A stretch of 64,000 nucleotides of DNA, from NCBI GenBank assembly GCA_951406725.2, contig OX597818.1:23312001-23376000 (forward strand), in the 5' to 3' direction. The position numbers and the translations under genes are program-made. Shown here in pieces: positions 1 to 14,554 of this stretch (the stretch's first letter is position 1; every line of letters begins with the position of its first letter). A model generated the notes under the pieces. That model had not been told where the DNA came from. It searched no databases and saw only the letters and a list, made by a program, of their open reading frames with translations. Source of the DNA: Octopus vulgaris (lineage: Eukaryota).

Positions 1-3000
1 TCATAAGGCCATGAAAGAAAATCTATCTGATGTTGAAACTACAGCTTTTCCTTAGTTGTAATGACAAATACGAAATAATGAATATACATATATATATATG
101 CTTGTATATTTCTACCTCTGTAAGTGCGTACTTGCGTATATATGTTTGTATGTATATATATAATAAGGATTCAAAGAATTGTGCGTCTATCATAGTAAGC
201 TCCTTTTACGGACCAAGCTATCAGTCCGTAAGACGACTGTAGTATTCATTTAAGTATGCTTCTTACACCCTGAAACTAAATCCATACAAAGAAGGTTGCA
301 AAAACGGCTGTATCCCTATTAATGTCACGTGGTTAAATAAATATATATTCACCTCTTAAACCTCCTATCTTTAAGCTTTTATTATATAAGTAAAAATTTA
401 TGAATGTATGAATAAACAAAAAATTAATTAAATTTTGCATTGATTTCGACGTTGTTCTATCAAATGAACTACATACTCATTGTAGTAGTGTGTGAGCAGT
501 TTAGTATTTCACAGACAAGGCCAAATTATTATAAACTCTTTCAGTTTAACAGAAATATCAGTGTCGGGTGTCTATGATTTCATTTATTAATCACCTGTAA
601 CTAATTGTAGTATTTCATCATTTTCATCTAACATCCGAAATAGAAACGCCTATCATTTTCACTTCCCTGTTGAATATGGCCATCAGAATATTGACTTTTG
701 CTTTCATAAGATAAAAATCAATTTAGAGGTGACAAACCAAACGTCAATCCAAGGTTAGAATTATCATAAAACATTCTCGGTCACGGCCATTGAAGAACTG
801 TACTTATTAAACACAACAGTTGGGTGGTTTAAATTAAATCGTCTGTTAATAGATAAATTTACAGTTTCTATGGACTGAATCGCTCGAAAATTATAGCATA
901 GCTTATTACGAACAATCACGAATGGCGAGCTGTATTGTACTTTGTACAACGAAACATACATAGTGTTAATTGTGTAATGTTATGAATCACGTAGCGTTGT
1001 GATATTGTACTTGTGTAAAGTGTCTAGTGATATGGTTGATATCGAAACTAATGAACCGTATCAGTGTCATGAAGATGGCACATTACTAAATTATAGATCG
1101 CAAACGTGGTGAATCAGATAGTTTATTAGGTCGTAAAAGCATTTCTGATTATTTCGTATTTCTCCTGTATATCAAGAAAAAGTCAATGTAGTAAAGCCCA
1201 TCTTGTTTCTCTATTCCACTCAAGTACTGGGGAAAATTCTCCTCTCTTTGTTTCTCATTATGTGTCCCTCCTTCCCTCACTCTCTCTTCCCCCTCTCTCA
1301 CACACATACCTGCATACATTTTTGAAAATGCATACTAATTGTGCCCAGTACAATTGTTATTGCTTCACCCATATTCTTCAGGTGTGCGAAAAAGCACGGT
1401 AGAAACATGAGATTATGTTAGATAATTCCAAAGAATGTGAAAATGTTGAAGGACGATAACTGGCGTTTTCAGATATTCAGATGAAGTCTCTTGGATTGTC
1501 TGTTATGCCAATAAAGGACATTTAGAAGGAAAAAAATTAAAGAATATGTTAAATAACCTAAGAAAAAGTGTAAACGTATAAAGTGTTCATAAGTCAGATA
1601 TTTAGAAAAACCTGTTGAGTCCCTCGTAGTGGTCGATGTTCTTATAGAAAGGATTAGTAAAAATGAGATAGAAACAGACATTCACCCGCATACACTTATA
1701 TACATGTATATGCGCATTCATCTTTATATGCTTACCTTACAAAGTTGATTGGATATACAAAATCATCCATTATGTAAAAATGGAGAAGCATGTGAAGGAG
1801 ATAAAATGATAAAATCTAGAATGTTTTGGAAGTTAACCTGATGATTGCAGAATATTCCACTGCGATAAAATACCCCTGTAGGAACATTTTGAATATATTA
1901 ATGATGTTCAGGCAATTCTCAAGGTCTTTTAGTCTTTATAAAATGTTTGGTTCTTGTTGTGCAAAGCCCGTACTTCCTGATCCGTTGACGTATGACTTCC
2001 CTCTTTCAAATACTTTTTATTTAATGTTGTAGTCAATGTTCCGCTTTTTCAGTACCCAGATGTTGTTGGCCAGTGTCATGGTTGGTTTTTGTCGGTGTGT
2101 CTGAAAATCTAGAAGTTTCCATTTGGAACTACATGATGAAGTTTAGGTATCTCTGTATAAATTACTCTCCAAAGAAAATTATTAAATGTCCATAATTGTT
2201 ATATGGCATTGTGGAATAACAATAACTGTTGCAATCTTCATACCATCTATTCCATTTAGCAGAGAGGAACTATTATATTCAACAGAATTGGGCAAGCTTA
2301 GCGAATATGGCCATACACGTACGATCCGAATGCAACTGAGCTTAGGAAGACTCTGGAGTGGATGGTTGAAAAGTATGAAGAAATTGACAGGAAGGACGTT
2401 TGTGGAAAACTTAAAGTTGTTTGATACCTGTAAAAGATGTGGGGCACAGCTGTGTCTCTTGCTGTGCTCCTACGTCCTTTTCAGGCCAAGAAATATTATT
2501 AATTGACCAGTAATGTAGGAAACTGATGATTATTTAAGTTTTAATAAAACGACAGGTAAATGAAGTGGTAAGTCGGAAAATTTCCTTCTGTTTACCAAGT
2601 GAGTCTTAAATTATTCACTTTTTCTCTGTCAGTGATTACAAATTCTCGTCCGAGTATGTTGCTGGTTGCGAGTCCGTGTCATTGAAAAAGTCGAAAAAGG
2701 CCGAAATGCATCTGGCCCTCTCATTGGCCGTTGCTGGGACGAGTGTTCGTCTCTTTGATATTTATTGTTTTTAACAGAGCAAGTCCAATTATCTCAAGAA
2801 AAATACAGCAGAGCTAACCTATCGACAGTGTGTATACACTAAGTATGATGCGTAGATGGATACTGCTTCATAGATTATTGCAATGTCTTAAATTCTGTGA
2901 ACTCCATCTTCTGACACTCGGAAAAGGTGCCATTGAAAGGGAACTAGATGGACCGAATTGCCTAGTGCTTCGCTGATTACTAAATATTATCTTCCTTTGT

Positions 3001-3752
3001 TGAATAGTAGAAACATGGTTCGTGCAACCCAGAGAATAGAATTAAGTGTGTTTCGTTTAGTGAATTGTTTGAACATTTCTTGGACTTTGTTTCGTTTCTG
3101 CACACGCAACGGTAGATCAGTGTAAAAATAAGTAGGAGGCTGCTCTATAGTGTTTTCAGAAAGCTTCCACTTATCATAAATTTCAATAAATTGTTTGAAA
3201 CTACTAAAAGTTGCAGTTATCGAGGCATCAGAAATGACTGTTCGTTGTTTTAAACTATTGAAATGCATTCTTTACAGTGTGTGATTAGCTTTTTGATTCA
3301 TCTCACACAAGTAAAAATAATCTGTTCAATAGACTGCCAAGACGCTATGATCATACTTTATCTAACCAAAACTTCATACATTTTTCTTTTCTTTGTGTAC
3401 ATCAGTTTATGATGAAAATATACAAAAGTTAGCTGCAATCATCTTTCTGAGAATGGTTTTCGTCTAAAATATAACAGCCCAGTTATAGTTTCATGGATTC
3501 CCTCTGAAACATAAATAATGATTAAAGTACAAGCCCAACTACAATAAAAGGACATTTCATCCACAAAATATGTGGATGAAATGCTGATAACTGTTGTCTT
3601 CATATTCTACCAAGGTCAACTTTGTCTTTCAACCAATAAAATAAAATAACAGTCAAGTTCTAGGCCAATGTAATCAACTAACCTATCCTTTCAAAATGAC
3701 TAGCCTTGTGTCTAAATTAGAAAAGATTATTATTATTATTATTATTATATTA

Positions 3753-3800
<48 letters not shown>

Positions 3801-3855
3801 TATCATTATTATTATTATTATATTATCATTATTATTATTATTATTATTATTATTC

Positions 3856-4150
3856 ATTTAACGTCTGCTTTCCATGCTTGCAGGATTAGACGATTTGACT
3901 GAAGCTGGTACGCTGGAGAGCTGCACCAGATTCCAATCTGATTTAACATGGTTTCTACAGCTGGATGCCCTTCCTAACGCCAACCACTCCAAGAGTGCAA
4001 TGGGTGCTTTTTACGTACCACCGGCAACAGCCACAATTACGATTTCACTTGGCTTGGCGAGTCTTCTCAAGCACGGCATATCGCCCTGGTCTCGGTCACT
4101 TATCATTACTTCCGTGGGGCTCAACGTTCGAAGGGTGCTCTTTACGTGCC
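3856..4150 (-). mobile_element. RTE-tail-derived short element (truncated LINE 3' end or SINE)
   Basis: aacgtctgctttccatgct...ctggatgcccttcctaacgccaaccactc; same family as 5660-6040, 7230-7700 and 60512-60870. Confidence 0.75.
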
Positions 4151-5438
4151 ATCGTATATTTATATCAAATCTTTCCGTTACTTTCTAAATCAACTGAAAC
4201 AAGAGATCTGTGAAACTAAGATCATTGTTTGTGAGATACGAAACGTTTTCCCAAGGACTGGAAATAGTTTTAGCATAATGCACTGAACATTTCTAACACA
4301 AACTACAATGAGAATGCTTCTGTTGTGATTCTTAAAATTCATTAATTAACCGGCATTTCATGTTCGTTGTTTATTTATCAAGTTGTAAAAGATAACAATC
4401 TACAAAATTTTCCACTCTTTTTAACGAGTTTGCTAACTATTTTCAAAAGGAAATATCTTTCCCCAACCAGGATAGAAATATATTGTACAAGCTCAGGTAT
4501 TTGCCGGAATTATGTAACATAATTACAGTGGCAAGCTGGTAAGACCGTTACTCAACTGGATAAATGTATAGAGCATTTCTTCCATCGTTTTATGTTCTGA
4601 GTTCAAATGCTGCTGAGGTCAACTTCGCCTGTCATCCTTCCAGGGTCAATGAAATAAGTACCAGTTTAACATTGGAGTTAATGCGCCAAATTTAGAAGGA
4701 ATTATACGACAGAATTTGTATTTACATGATCTGGTTTACTCAGACTTGAATTGTAACTCATCTAGATACTTTACAAGTTTTGTTGCAAGACTTAGCGCTT
4801 GATGTTTAAAATAGCAGTTCAACTACTTAAATCTTTTATAATGTACATCAACACAATAATTTGACAAGTGTAAGAACATGAAAGTTATAGACATGGAAAT
4901 GAAGCTACGTGACATACGTCTTTCAAGCAAGTATTGGTGACATGAGTGGGGCAAAATGGTTTCAACCTGAAAATCAAAACCAGTACTTATCTAAATGACT
5001 TATCATTTTTCTACAGTACTTCTCTTCAACACTTGCTTTTAGTTCAAATACTGAGCGAAACTCATGAATTTTAATCTTTTGAGACTGATGAGATAAGATA
5101 TATAGTGGTAGTGACAATACCGAGCATGACTCCTTCCTTAAAAGCAGAAGCCTTTGTCATATCCAAAGGTGAAAAAATGTAATAGTAACTATGAATTGCT
5201 AATTATTAAAGTGAAAAATGAAGGAGACATAGATTCACTATGCTACATTGCAGATGAACTTAATGAACCTTGTTAATTGTTACCAATGCCAGCTATTACC
5301 AGTTTCCTTGGATTCTGGAGCTAATCTATATTAGTTGGGTTTTGCATTTATATGTGTATGTAAGTATATATATCATCTTATAAAAGGGAAGCCGATCTCT
5401 GTGTCTATCACATATTTTTAGAAATGGAGTAGAAAAGT

Positions 5439-5476
<38 letters not shown>

Positions 5477-5659
5477 GTGAATGATAGATAGTAGTGTTGT
5501 CACTATAGTAACTAAAAAGTTTGATTAAAAACACGAATTCAACACAACACAGACTTCAAAAAAGGGTTATATAATGTCACATTAGTTAAGAGGGGCGTTA
5601 TGTGTGTGTCTTTCAAAATACAGACAATGCAACACAGACTTTAAAAAAAACAATTTCAA

Positions 5660-6040
5660 AGGTACCCTGCCGGTGGGACGTAAAAAGCACAATTCAAACG
5701 TGATCGCTACCAGTGTCGCCTTACTGGCACTTGTGCCGGTGGCACGTAAAAAAACATTCGAGCGAGGTTGTTGCCAGTGCTGTTGGACGGGCTCTCGTGC
5801 AGGTGGCACGTAAAAAACAGCATTTGAGCGTTGCTAGTACCGCTTGACTGGCCCCCGTGCCGGAGACACGTATAAGCACTCACTACACTCTCGGAGTGGT
5901 TGGCATTAGGAAGGGCATCCAGCTGTAGAAACTCTGCCAGATCAGATTGGAGTCTGGTGCAGCCATCTGGTTCGCCAGTCCTAAGTCAAATCGTCCAACC
6001 CATGCTCGCATGGAAAGCGGACGTTAAACGCTAATGATGA
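5660..6040 (+). mobile_element. RTE-tail-derived short element with reiterated ggcacgtaaaaa modules
   Basis: Ends ccaacccatgctcgcatggaaagcggacgttaaacg..gatgat. Confidence 0.75.
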
Positions 6041-6077
6041 TAGCGACAGAAAATGACCTAGTATATATATATATATA

Positions 6078-6340
6078 TATATACCAATTAAGGACTGAAC
6101 ACGAAAGGTGGACAGTCAACATGCTAGATATAGACGTCAAATCGCCATTCTCCACAAAGATTTTGTTCTCAAATAAAAATAAAAAATAAAAATAAAAATA
6201 AAAATAAAAATAAAAATAAAAATTAAAAAAAAATTTTATTTTTATTTGAGAACAAAATCTTGGTGGAGAATGGCGATTTGACGTCTATATCTAGCATGTT
6301 GACTGTCCACCTTTCGTGTTCAGTCCTTAATTGGTATATA
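6078..6340. repeat. Near-perfect inverted repeat, arms of about 105 bp, with an (AAAAT)n spacer, flanked by TA tracts
   Basis: ccaattaaggactgaacacg...ttgttctcaaata is mirrored by tatttgagaacaa...cgtgttcagtccttaattgg; I saw one mismatch. Confidence 0.9.
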
Positions 6341-6418
6341 TAAATATTTTAATCTTCGGATTCTTTTTAATGTGCTAGACCACTGGTTTTAATTGACTAA
6401 CATCAATTTTTACCCTTA

Positions 6419-6457
<39 letters not shown>

Positions 6458-7151
6458 TTTTATACTATCTTTATACATGACTTGCAACTTCTTTACATTC
6501 TTATAAAAAATGGTATGACTACGCATATATAAGTTTCTTAAGCACTTGGGTTATTATAACTTTATGTAGTGTACTTTGCCTAACAGATTTCAATGAGTCC
6601 CTGATCCCTCTCCAAGTTGAGCACTTATTAATTTCAGTGCTACAGCTGCTTTAAATAGCATTGGATAAAATAGGAATCACAGATCTCTTAGCTGGATGTT
6701 TCATTATATTAACAACTTTTATCATTAATAGCCTTCAGAGATAATAAACGAAGAAGAAAAACAATTGAAGACTATGCCAACACTATCTTCAGCTGTTACA
6801 AATATAACTATCACTAAAAAGATTGCTTTGTAACTATCTGATTCTTGGTTCAATCACACTTGGAAAACCTCAAAAAATTATTCTACTATAACCTCTGGGG
6901 TCCAATACGTCGTTTTAACTTGCGCTTTTTTTCATACTATCATGGGTCGGCTGGAATTTGTTGAATCAGATTTTCTACAGCTGGACGCCCTTCCTGTTGC
7001 CAACCCTTACCTGTGTCCTAGTAAAGTAACATTTCTTCATGGCCAGACAGATTTCCATGGGAAACTGGAAACAAACGGATACCACTTGTATGTCGGTGAC
7101 ACTTCTTTACAAGTATCATGCGATGTCAAAACAAAGAAACGCTAACAGTAC

Positions 7152-7229
<78 letters not shown>

Positions 7230-10122
7230 CATCATCATTTAACGTCTGTTATCCATGCTGGCATAGGTTGGACGGTTTAACTGGGTTGGCACGCTGGAAG
7301 GCTGCGTCAGGCTCAGTCTGATTTGACAGTTTTCTACGGCTGGATGACCTTCCTAATGCCAACCACCTCGCGAGTGTAATGGCTGTTTTTACGTGCCACC
7401 GACACGGGTGCCATTTGCGTGACACCGGTATCTGCCACGACTGCGACATTCCTTGGCTTGATGGGTCTTCTTCTCAAGCACGACATAATGCCAAATGTTT
7501 TGGTCATTGCCTCCGCGAGGCTGAACACTCGAAAGGAACACAGCCACTTCGCCTCCGTGAGACCCAACGTTCAAAGGTTGATCTTTTACATGCCACCAGC
7601 ACGAGTGCAATTGGCTTGACGAGTCCTCTTAAGCAGAGCGCATGGCCAAAGGTCTCGGTCACTAGTCATTGCCTTTGTGGGGTTCAAAGTTCGAAGATCA
7701 CGCTTCACCACCTCGTCCTATGTCTTCCTGAGGCTACCTCTACCACAGGTTCCCTCCACAGTTAAAGATCAGCACTTCTTTACACAGCTGTCCTCGACCA
7801 TACGCATTATATGACCATACCAGTGCAGTCGTCTATCTTGCACACCACATCTGATTCCTCTTATGCCTAACTTTTCTCTTAAGATGCGATGCATACTGCC
7901 TTCATTTCTCTCAAGCCTACACATGTCCTTGGCTGTTATAGCCCATGTTTCACTGCCATGCAACATAGCTGTTCACCCACAGGCATCAAGCAATCTGCCT
8001 TTCACTCGAAAGAGACCCTTTGTTGCCAGCAGGGGTAGGAGCTCTCTGAACTTTGCCCAGCCTAATCTTATTCTCACAGCTACACTCTCAGAACAACCAC
8101 CTCCACAACTAATCTGGTCGCTTAGATACCGGAAGCTATCTACTACCTGTAGCTTCCCCCACTGGCAGTTGATGGAGTCTATTTTCCGCACATGTTCAGC
8201 ATTTATTATGCCTGTGCACCTTCCACATATAAAAATTAGTTTCTCTGTTAACCTTCCTTTCATGTTGCTGCAGCTTTTGTGTGTCCAAAGCTTACACTGG
8301 GTCCATCTTATGGAGTTTCTACAGATTGAGCAGGGTCATCTACCTGAGATTTGTGATATGTCTGCCTTCCTACTTACTATATCTTTGGATTTTGCTAGGC
8401 TCTTTGATTCTAGACCTTGTTTCCATACCTGGAACTTCTCTAGTTCAGGTAGTGATTCAGCTATAAGAACAAGGTCATCTGCATAGGGGAGCTCCCACAG
8501 GCAGCCTGTCTTGAATTCCTGTTAATGCCTGGAGGACTATGATGAACAAGAGGGGGCTGAACACCAACCCATGGTGAACCCGTACTGCACTCTGAATTCG
8601 TCGCTGTACTCGTTGCCCACCTTCACCTTACTGGTAGCATCCCTGTACAAGGCTTGTACAGCTCTCACCAACCACTCGTCTATCACTAGTTTCCACATTG
8701 ACCACATGGATAGGGGGACTCTGTCAAAAGCTTTCTCCTAGTCAACAAATGCCAAGTACAGATGTTTATCTTTGGCTTGGTATTTCTCCTGCAATTGCCT
8801 TACCAGAAATATAGTATCAGTGGTGCTGCTACCTGGCACAAGCCCAAACTGCATCTCATCTAGATGAACTCTCCCCCTGATTAGTTTGGTTATGACTCTC
8901 TCCACAACTTTCATCACCTGATCCAACAATTTGATACTTCTGTAATTATTTCTACCTGAGGCATCACCTATACCTTTGTTGAATTTGACTATGGTGCTGC
9001 TACACCAGTCATTGAGTATGACTCCTTCATGAATCACCTGATTTACAATACAAGTGACTAGACCATAACCCACACCACCAGATATTTTAAGCATCTCAGC
9101 AGTGATTCCTGATGGGCCGGAGGTTTTCCCTGTCTTCGTATCCTTAATTGCTTTATCTACCAGGGCACTGTCAATTCAGATAGCTGGTCCCTCAGTTGCA
9201 TCAACATTTGGTAGACACTCCTTCCATTCATTCTCCATGTTCAGCAGTCTTTCATAATGGCATCTCTAAGCCTCTTTCTTTGCAGACTCATCAAAAACAA
9301 GTGCACCATCATCCATGCAGACACATTTCTTACCTATGGCATCACAATTTTCTCTCACACAGTCTTGCAATCTGAAATACTTCAGTTCGTTGGTCCTCAC
9401 AGCACCGAACATTGGCAAACTTCTTTTTTGTTTCTCCCTTAGTTAGATATACCTGTCTCCTAGCTTCCCCTTTGGCTATCTGATAGTTTCCTGCTACCCC
9501 CACTCTTCCAGGCCCGTTTCTTTTCTGTAATGTACCTGTCTACGGTGTTGTTCCACCACCACGTTACCCTAGGTCTGGAAGGGACTTTGCACCAGCCACA
9601 GATTTGGTCTGTGGTACTCAGCAAGCTATCCCACAGGAATTCCCAGTTGCCCTCTATGTCACAAGTTTGTAGCTGCCCGCTCTCATCAAATTTCTCAATT
9701 AGGATGACTCTAAATCTTTGACCATATGAAGGGTCCTTAAGCTTCCAGATCCTTCTTTTCCAGATTGGTCTGCTTCTTGGAGTCTAAAGTCACTAACAAC
9801 TAGTCTATGTTTGGGAGAGGGGGTACATTCTTTACCAGAGAGAGTCTTTGCATTTAAGAGCAACCATGCATCTTGCCGTCTGGTGAGAATAAAATCTATC
9901 TGGCAAGCAAAGTCACCTGATTGATATGTTGGCTGGCTTCTTGAAGTTGGTGTTGCAGATCAAAAGGTTATTCCCATCACAGAACTCCCGTAGCCTTGTT
10001 CCCTATTCATGTTGGGAACCGATTCCATGGTACCCATGGTAGATATTGAGCTGCCATCCAACATGCCTATTGAAATCCCCAGCCATGAAGATGAGATCAT
10101 TGTCGTTCATCTTTGAGGTAAC
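7230..10122 (-). mobile_element. Degenerate RTE-clade LINE (APE endonuclease, RT, C-terminus, repetitive 3' UTR and (GAT)n tail)
   Basis: Minus-strand remnants GDFNRHVG, QIDFIL, MQFGLVPGSSTTDTIFLVRQLQEKY, YLAFVD, YADDLVLI, LHGSETWA, RRLHWYGHI; frameshifts and stops throughout. Confidence 0.9.
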
Positions 10123-11736
10123 CTAGGTTTCTTTCAGTTTCCATCTACCAAAACTACTCACAAGGGTTTGAGTGGTCCAGGGCTATAATAGAAGACACTT
10201 GCCCAAGGTGTCCCTTGCTAGGACATGTCGATGGAAAGCAAACTTCTCAATCATACAGCTACACTTGAGCTTTGTAAATGGAATTTACTAAACAGAAATT
10301 ATATGAAAATATACTGTATGTATGTGTGTGAGGATTGACAAGTGGTTTTGCATGGGCAGATGTATTATTTTACTTAGTGTCTGTATCATTGTTTACACTG
10401 ATTTTTAAAACTGATGTGTTTATTGTATTCCTTTATGTCCTCTAAGTGAGTAATGCAAAAGCCATTCTGTCATTTCATTTCAAATTACAACATTGAACCT
10501 CTACTGAGGCAAGACCCATCTAACCCATAGCAATATGGATAAACACATAAAATAAGGATGACGGTAGAGATGGTGATGACTATGAGTGACTATCTTTGAT
10601 GCTAGCCAGCATCTGCTACAGGTTACAGACACAAGACTGGTGCAATCATCATTTTATGTCTGCTTTTCCATGCTGGCATGGGTTGGATGGTGGCCACAGT
10701 CAGAACTAGCACATATTCAAGGAGTATAGCTCATCTAGACAAGTCAGAGGGACCTCATCTCACTCACATTTCATTTAGGCTTAGTTTCTATAGCTGGATG
10801 CCGTTCCTAACACCAACCACTACAGAGTACAAGGTGTTTTTTAATACCATTAGAACTAGAGAGGTATCATGTCGTCATCATGACCTGAGGATCTTCATAA
10901 TGTTAGAAGAGTGTACTTGGTGTGATTTTTGTGACACCAGCACTGCAGAGGTAGCCAAGTACTCGACATGACAAAAGGGAGCTACAATCCCACATCTCTG
11001 CTGCCTCGTCAGGAGAGTGATATGCATGAATGATAGCAATAAGAGGGATGTGTAATGGGAGAGGAGTGACAGGCGTACTTGGTATTCTGAGATATGTATA
11101 TTCTAGGCAACCTGACTGAAATAGCAACAAAGACAAGGATGATAGTAGTGTGAGCAATATACAGGTATGTGAAAGGGATGTGTGACATGAAGAGAGAGAT
11201 GAATAAGGTAGGTAAAGGGTGACTGGCCTCTAACTTCTGATTTAGGTATATGGCCAGTGTTTAATGGGGATGATACAGTCAACTTAAATGACCTCAGTAT
11301 ATGACTGGTACTTATTTACTGATCATGGGAAGTTGAAATGCAAGCAGGATTTGAACTCAGAACATGATTTCTCACATCAACATAAACCACAAATTTGATG
11401 AAGGGAAGATGTCCAAGTGTGTGTATGTTTCGGGGGGGAAAGGAGTCAATTGAACTAATACTGAAATGTGCCAGGTACTCATGCAATCAGATACATGCAG
11501 TTTAGCGATTAGAGGACAATTTTAAGGAGATTGAAGTTGTATGAGAAAAAGAATGTATGACGTGTTTAAAGAATGTGAGATGAGATAGTAAAGATAATGA
11601 GGAGGAAGAATGACATATGGATCGAGTAGGTTTGGGTGAAGTTGGAACTGTGTGGTACTTTGGAAAGGTACCTTGTAAGTGAATTTAGTAAATGGAAATG
11701 AAAACTACATGGAAGCCAGTTATGTGTGTGTGTGTG

Positions 11737-11824
<88 letters not shown>

Positions 11825-12481
11825 CATGTGTATGTGAGAGCATGTGTGTGCATGTGTGTGCATGTGCGTGACTGTGTCTCTATGTTTGTCCTCTGCCATC
11901 ACTTGATGATCAGTGCTGGTTTATTTATGTCCTTGTAACTTAGAAGTTTAGCAAAACAACAGAATAAGTAGAGACTAAAAAATAAGTACTGGGGTCAATC
12001 CAAATAACTAAAACTCTTCAAGGCAGTGCCCCAGCATGGCCGCAATCCAATGACTAAAATAAAAGGGAAAAAAAAAACTACACATATCTAAGTTAATAGA
12101 GAAGTGAAATGTTTGAACATTGATGCAGAATAAATAAATAAATAAATAAATACAAAAGGCCTTCATTGCAGCTGTGTTGTAACAAAAACTGTAATTCGTT
12201 AAATACTGCAAAAACTTAATAAAAGACAATAATAAATTATTATTGCATTTACTGCCCTTCTTGTTTCCTCAATAAAACTCTTTTTTTTCCATACAAAATG
12301 AAATATTTCATTGATGAAGAAAATAGTTCAACAACTTAGAAATACGCCAGTGATGCTGCCTTGTGGCTTTCTCTTGATATAAATATGGCATTCACTCCTG
12401 AAGTATTTCAAGTCTGCATAGATAATCATATGAGAAATATTAAACAATTGAATCTAGGTGAAACAATCGAAGCAAGATGTT

Positions 12482-12596
12482 TTAACGTGACATCCCCAAG
12501 AACATCTGCATTGCAATTGTGCCGATACTTAGAGTGAACAGTCCTTTGCAGAATAATAAGGTCCAGGATCCCAAGTGGCCAGCATGGATGAGAATC
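12482..12596 (-). CDS. TMEM147: TMEM147 terminal coding exon 6: ILIHAGHLGSWTLLFCKGLFTLSIGTIAMQMFLGMSR*
   Basis: ccacag acceptor; phase matches exon 5; LGSW motif; TAA stop at 12484-12482. Confidence 0.9.
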
Positions 12597-12791
12597 CTGT
12601 GGAAAGAGAATTAAAACCAAGGTTAAACAAATAAAGAATTACATAAATACTCGCATCCACACAGCCTTTAAAGTAATCTCATGCATAACACACATCCACA
12701 CACACATGGCATAGTGCTGTAGAAGCAAAATGTATTACAATAGAATAAGTTTTGCTAAACAAAACAGTGAAGAAATTAAAATAACCATTAA

Positions 12792-13358
12792 CCCTTTAGC
12801 ATTCAGATCACTCTGTCAAATGTAATGCTTATTTATCCACATATTTTGGTAAGTAGCTTGCTAACCAACCACATGGTTCCGGGTTCAGTCCCACTGCGTG
12901 GCATCTTGGGCAAGTGTTTTCTGCTATAGCCCCGGGCCGACCAATGCCTTGTGAGTGGATTTGGTAGACGGAAACTGAAAGAAGCCTGTCGTATATATGT
13001 ATATATATATATGTGTATTTGTATGTGTGTGTGTTTGTGTGTCTGTCCCCCTAGCATTGCTTGACAACCGATGCTGGCGTGTTTACGTCCCCGTCACTTA
13101 GCGGTTCGGCAAAAGAGACCGATAGAATAAGTACTGGGCTTACAAAGAATAAGTCCCGGGGTTGATTTGCTCGACTAAAGGCGGTGCTCCAGCATGGCCG
13201 CAGTCAAATGACTGAAACAAGTAAAAGAGTAAAAGAGTAAAAGAGATTATCTTCTAACTTTGAGATTTAATTTTTAGAATGATATTATAGGGTTAGTGTT
13301 TGAACATAAAACAGATTGAATATTTTGGTTGGATATGGTCAGTTTGAATGCTAAAGGG
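12792..13358. mobile_element. piggyBac-like MITE (TTAA|CCCTT..AAGGG|TTAA) interrupted by a SINE
   Basis: ttaa|ccctttagcattc ... gaatgctaaaggg|ttaa. Confidence 0.75.
12848..13225 (+). mobile_element. tRNA-headed CORE-like SINE (family A)
   Basis: B-box-like gggttcagtccc, core cttgggcaagtg, internal (TA)/(TG) tract, (gagtaaaa)n tail; near-identical to 55014-55417. Confidence 0.85.
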
Positions 13359-14178
13359 TTAAATTTAGAGCACAAAAGAAAGCTAAATTATTAGAATACA
13401 GAATTATTACATGTATAATATAACATTTTAATATAATTATAGCAAGATGACTCGATATGAGATCACACAAACTACCTTATTATAAGATCTCTTGGATTCA
13501 TTAACACTCAAGCTTTGTAACAGCAAGTTACAAAGTAAGCTCTATCAGTTATGTTGAATGAAAACATGCAAATGCAAAATGAGTATGATATGGTATATAT
13601 TTTCATTATGCTAAATGTGCATTTTCAATGCTGACATGGTTCAGAAAAGTCTCTATGTAACATCTCTCTGTGGATCTTACACACAAGCCCAATCTCCACA
13701 GGTCTAACCTAATTAATACTTCTATATCTTCCTTCAACTTGTGACACTTCTTTCCCCTCAGCATGCCACATTCTTTGCTATTACTCATTCATAACAACAT
13801 AGCCATCTTTCCTGTATGTATTTCTAGTACCTTTATCTTCTAATTTCTTTCTCACTTCATTTCCATTCAACTTGCCTTGCAAGTTTACACATCACATCCA
13901 ACAAATCAAACTCACCTCATTCCTTCTCCAATAACTGTACATCTAAATTTACAAATGTTTCTTACACCCACCTCATAAACTGTGATTTTCATACACTTAT
14001 CAAAATGACTAACAGACATGAAAATAATTAAAACCTTAAAAACTATTTTGTTCTCCTTTATTTCAATGAGAATATCTACAAAGGATTAGTATGAACTGGT
14101 TGTAATAGATAAAAGTTCCACATAATGCTTTGTAGAATCAATTCTTTTTCATAATATTGATGACAATTAGTTACTTAC

Positions 14179-14300
14179 TCTACAATGAGTGGTCTGAAAG
14201 AACTGAGCAACAGAAGAATTAAAACAACTGGGAAGAGAGACTTGCGGAGATCACTACGTGTCCATAGCCATACCAAAAGAGCTGTTGAGATGTGTTGGAT
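14179..14300 (-). CDS. TMEM147: TMEM147 coding exon 5: IQHISTALLVWLWTRSDLRKSLFPVVLILLLLSSFRPLIV(E)
   Basis: ttttag acceptor, GTAAGT donor, 122 nt, hydrophobic TM segments. Confidence 0.93.
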
Positions 14301-14469
14301 CTAAAATTTAACAAAATACATAAAATTAGTAATCTCATCCAATATTTTTTCATAGTAATAATTTATGAGCTATGGTAATAATTTATTGCAATCACATTGT
14401 TCCAACTCCAATCCAATAAATTGGTCAACTATCAATACTTTTAATTGCTAAGAATTGAATGTCACTCAC

Positions 14470-14554
14470 CAAACTGACATTTGAGTCAAAACTCATTTGG
14501 ATAAACTTCCAGTCAAACTCAATACCTCTTGCTCCAACCCAAAGTGGAATAAAC
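14470..14554 (-). CDS. TMEM147: TMEM147 coding exon 4: [28 protein letters not shown]
   Basis: ttgcag acceptor, GTGAGT donor, 85 nt, near-invariant [14 protein letters not shown] motif. Confidence 0.95.

Noticed and set aside
3696-3902. ORFs with poly-I, poly-L, YIYI, HTHT or CVCV tracts throughout the ORF track
   Set aside because: They are translations of (ATT)n, (TA)n and (CA)n microsatellites, not genes.
7863-8486. Longest ORF in the track (207 aa, + strand)
   Set aside because: It is the antisense shadow of the minus-strand RTE reverse transcriptase.
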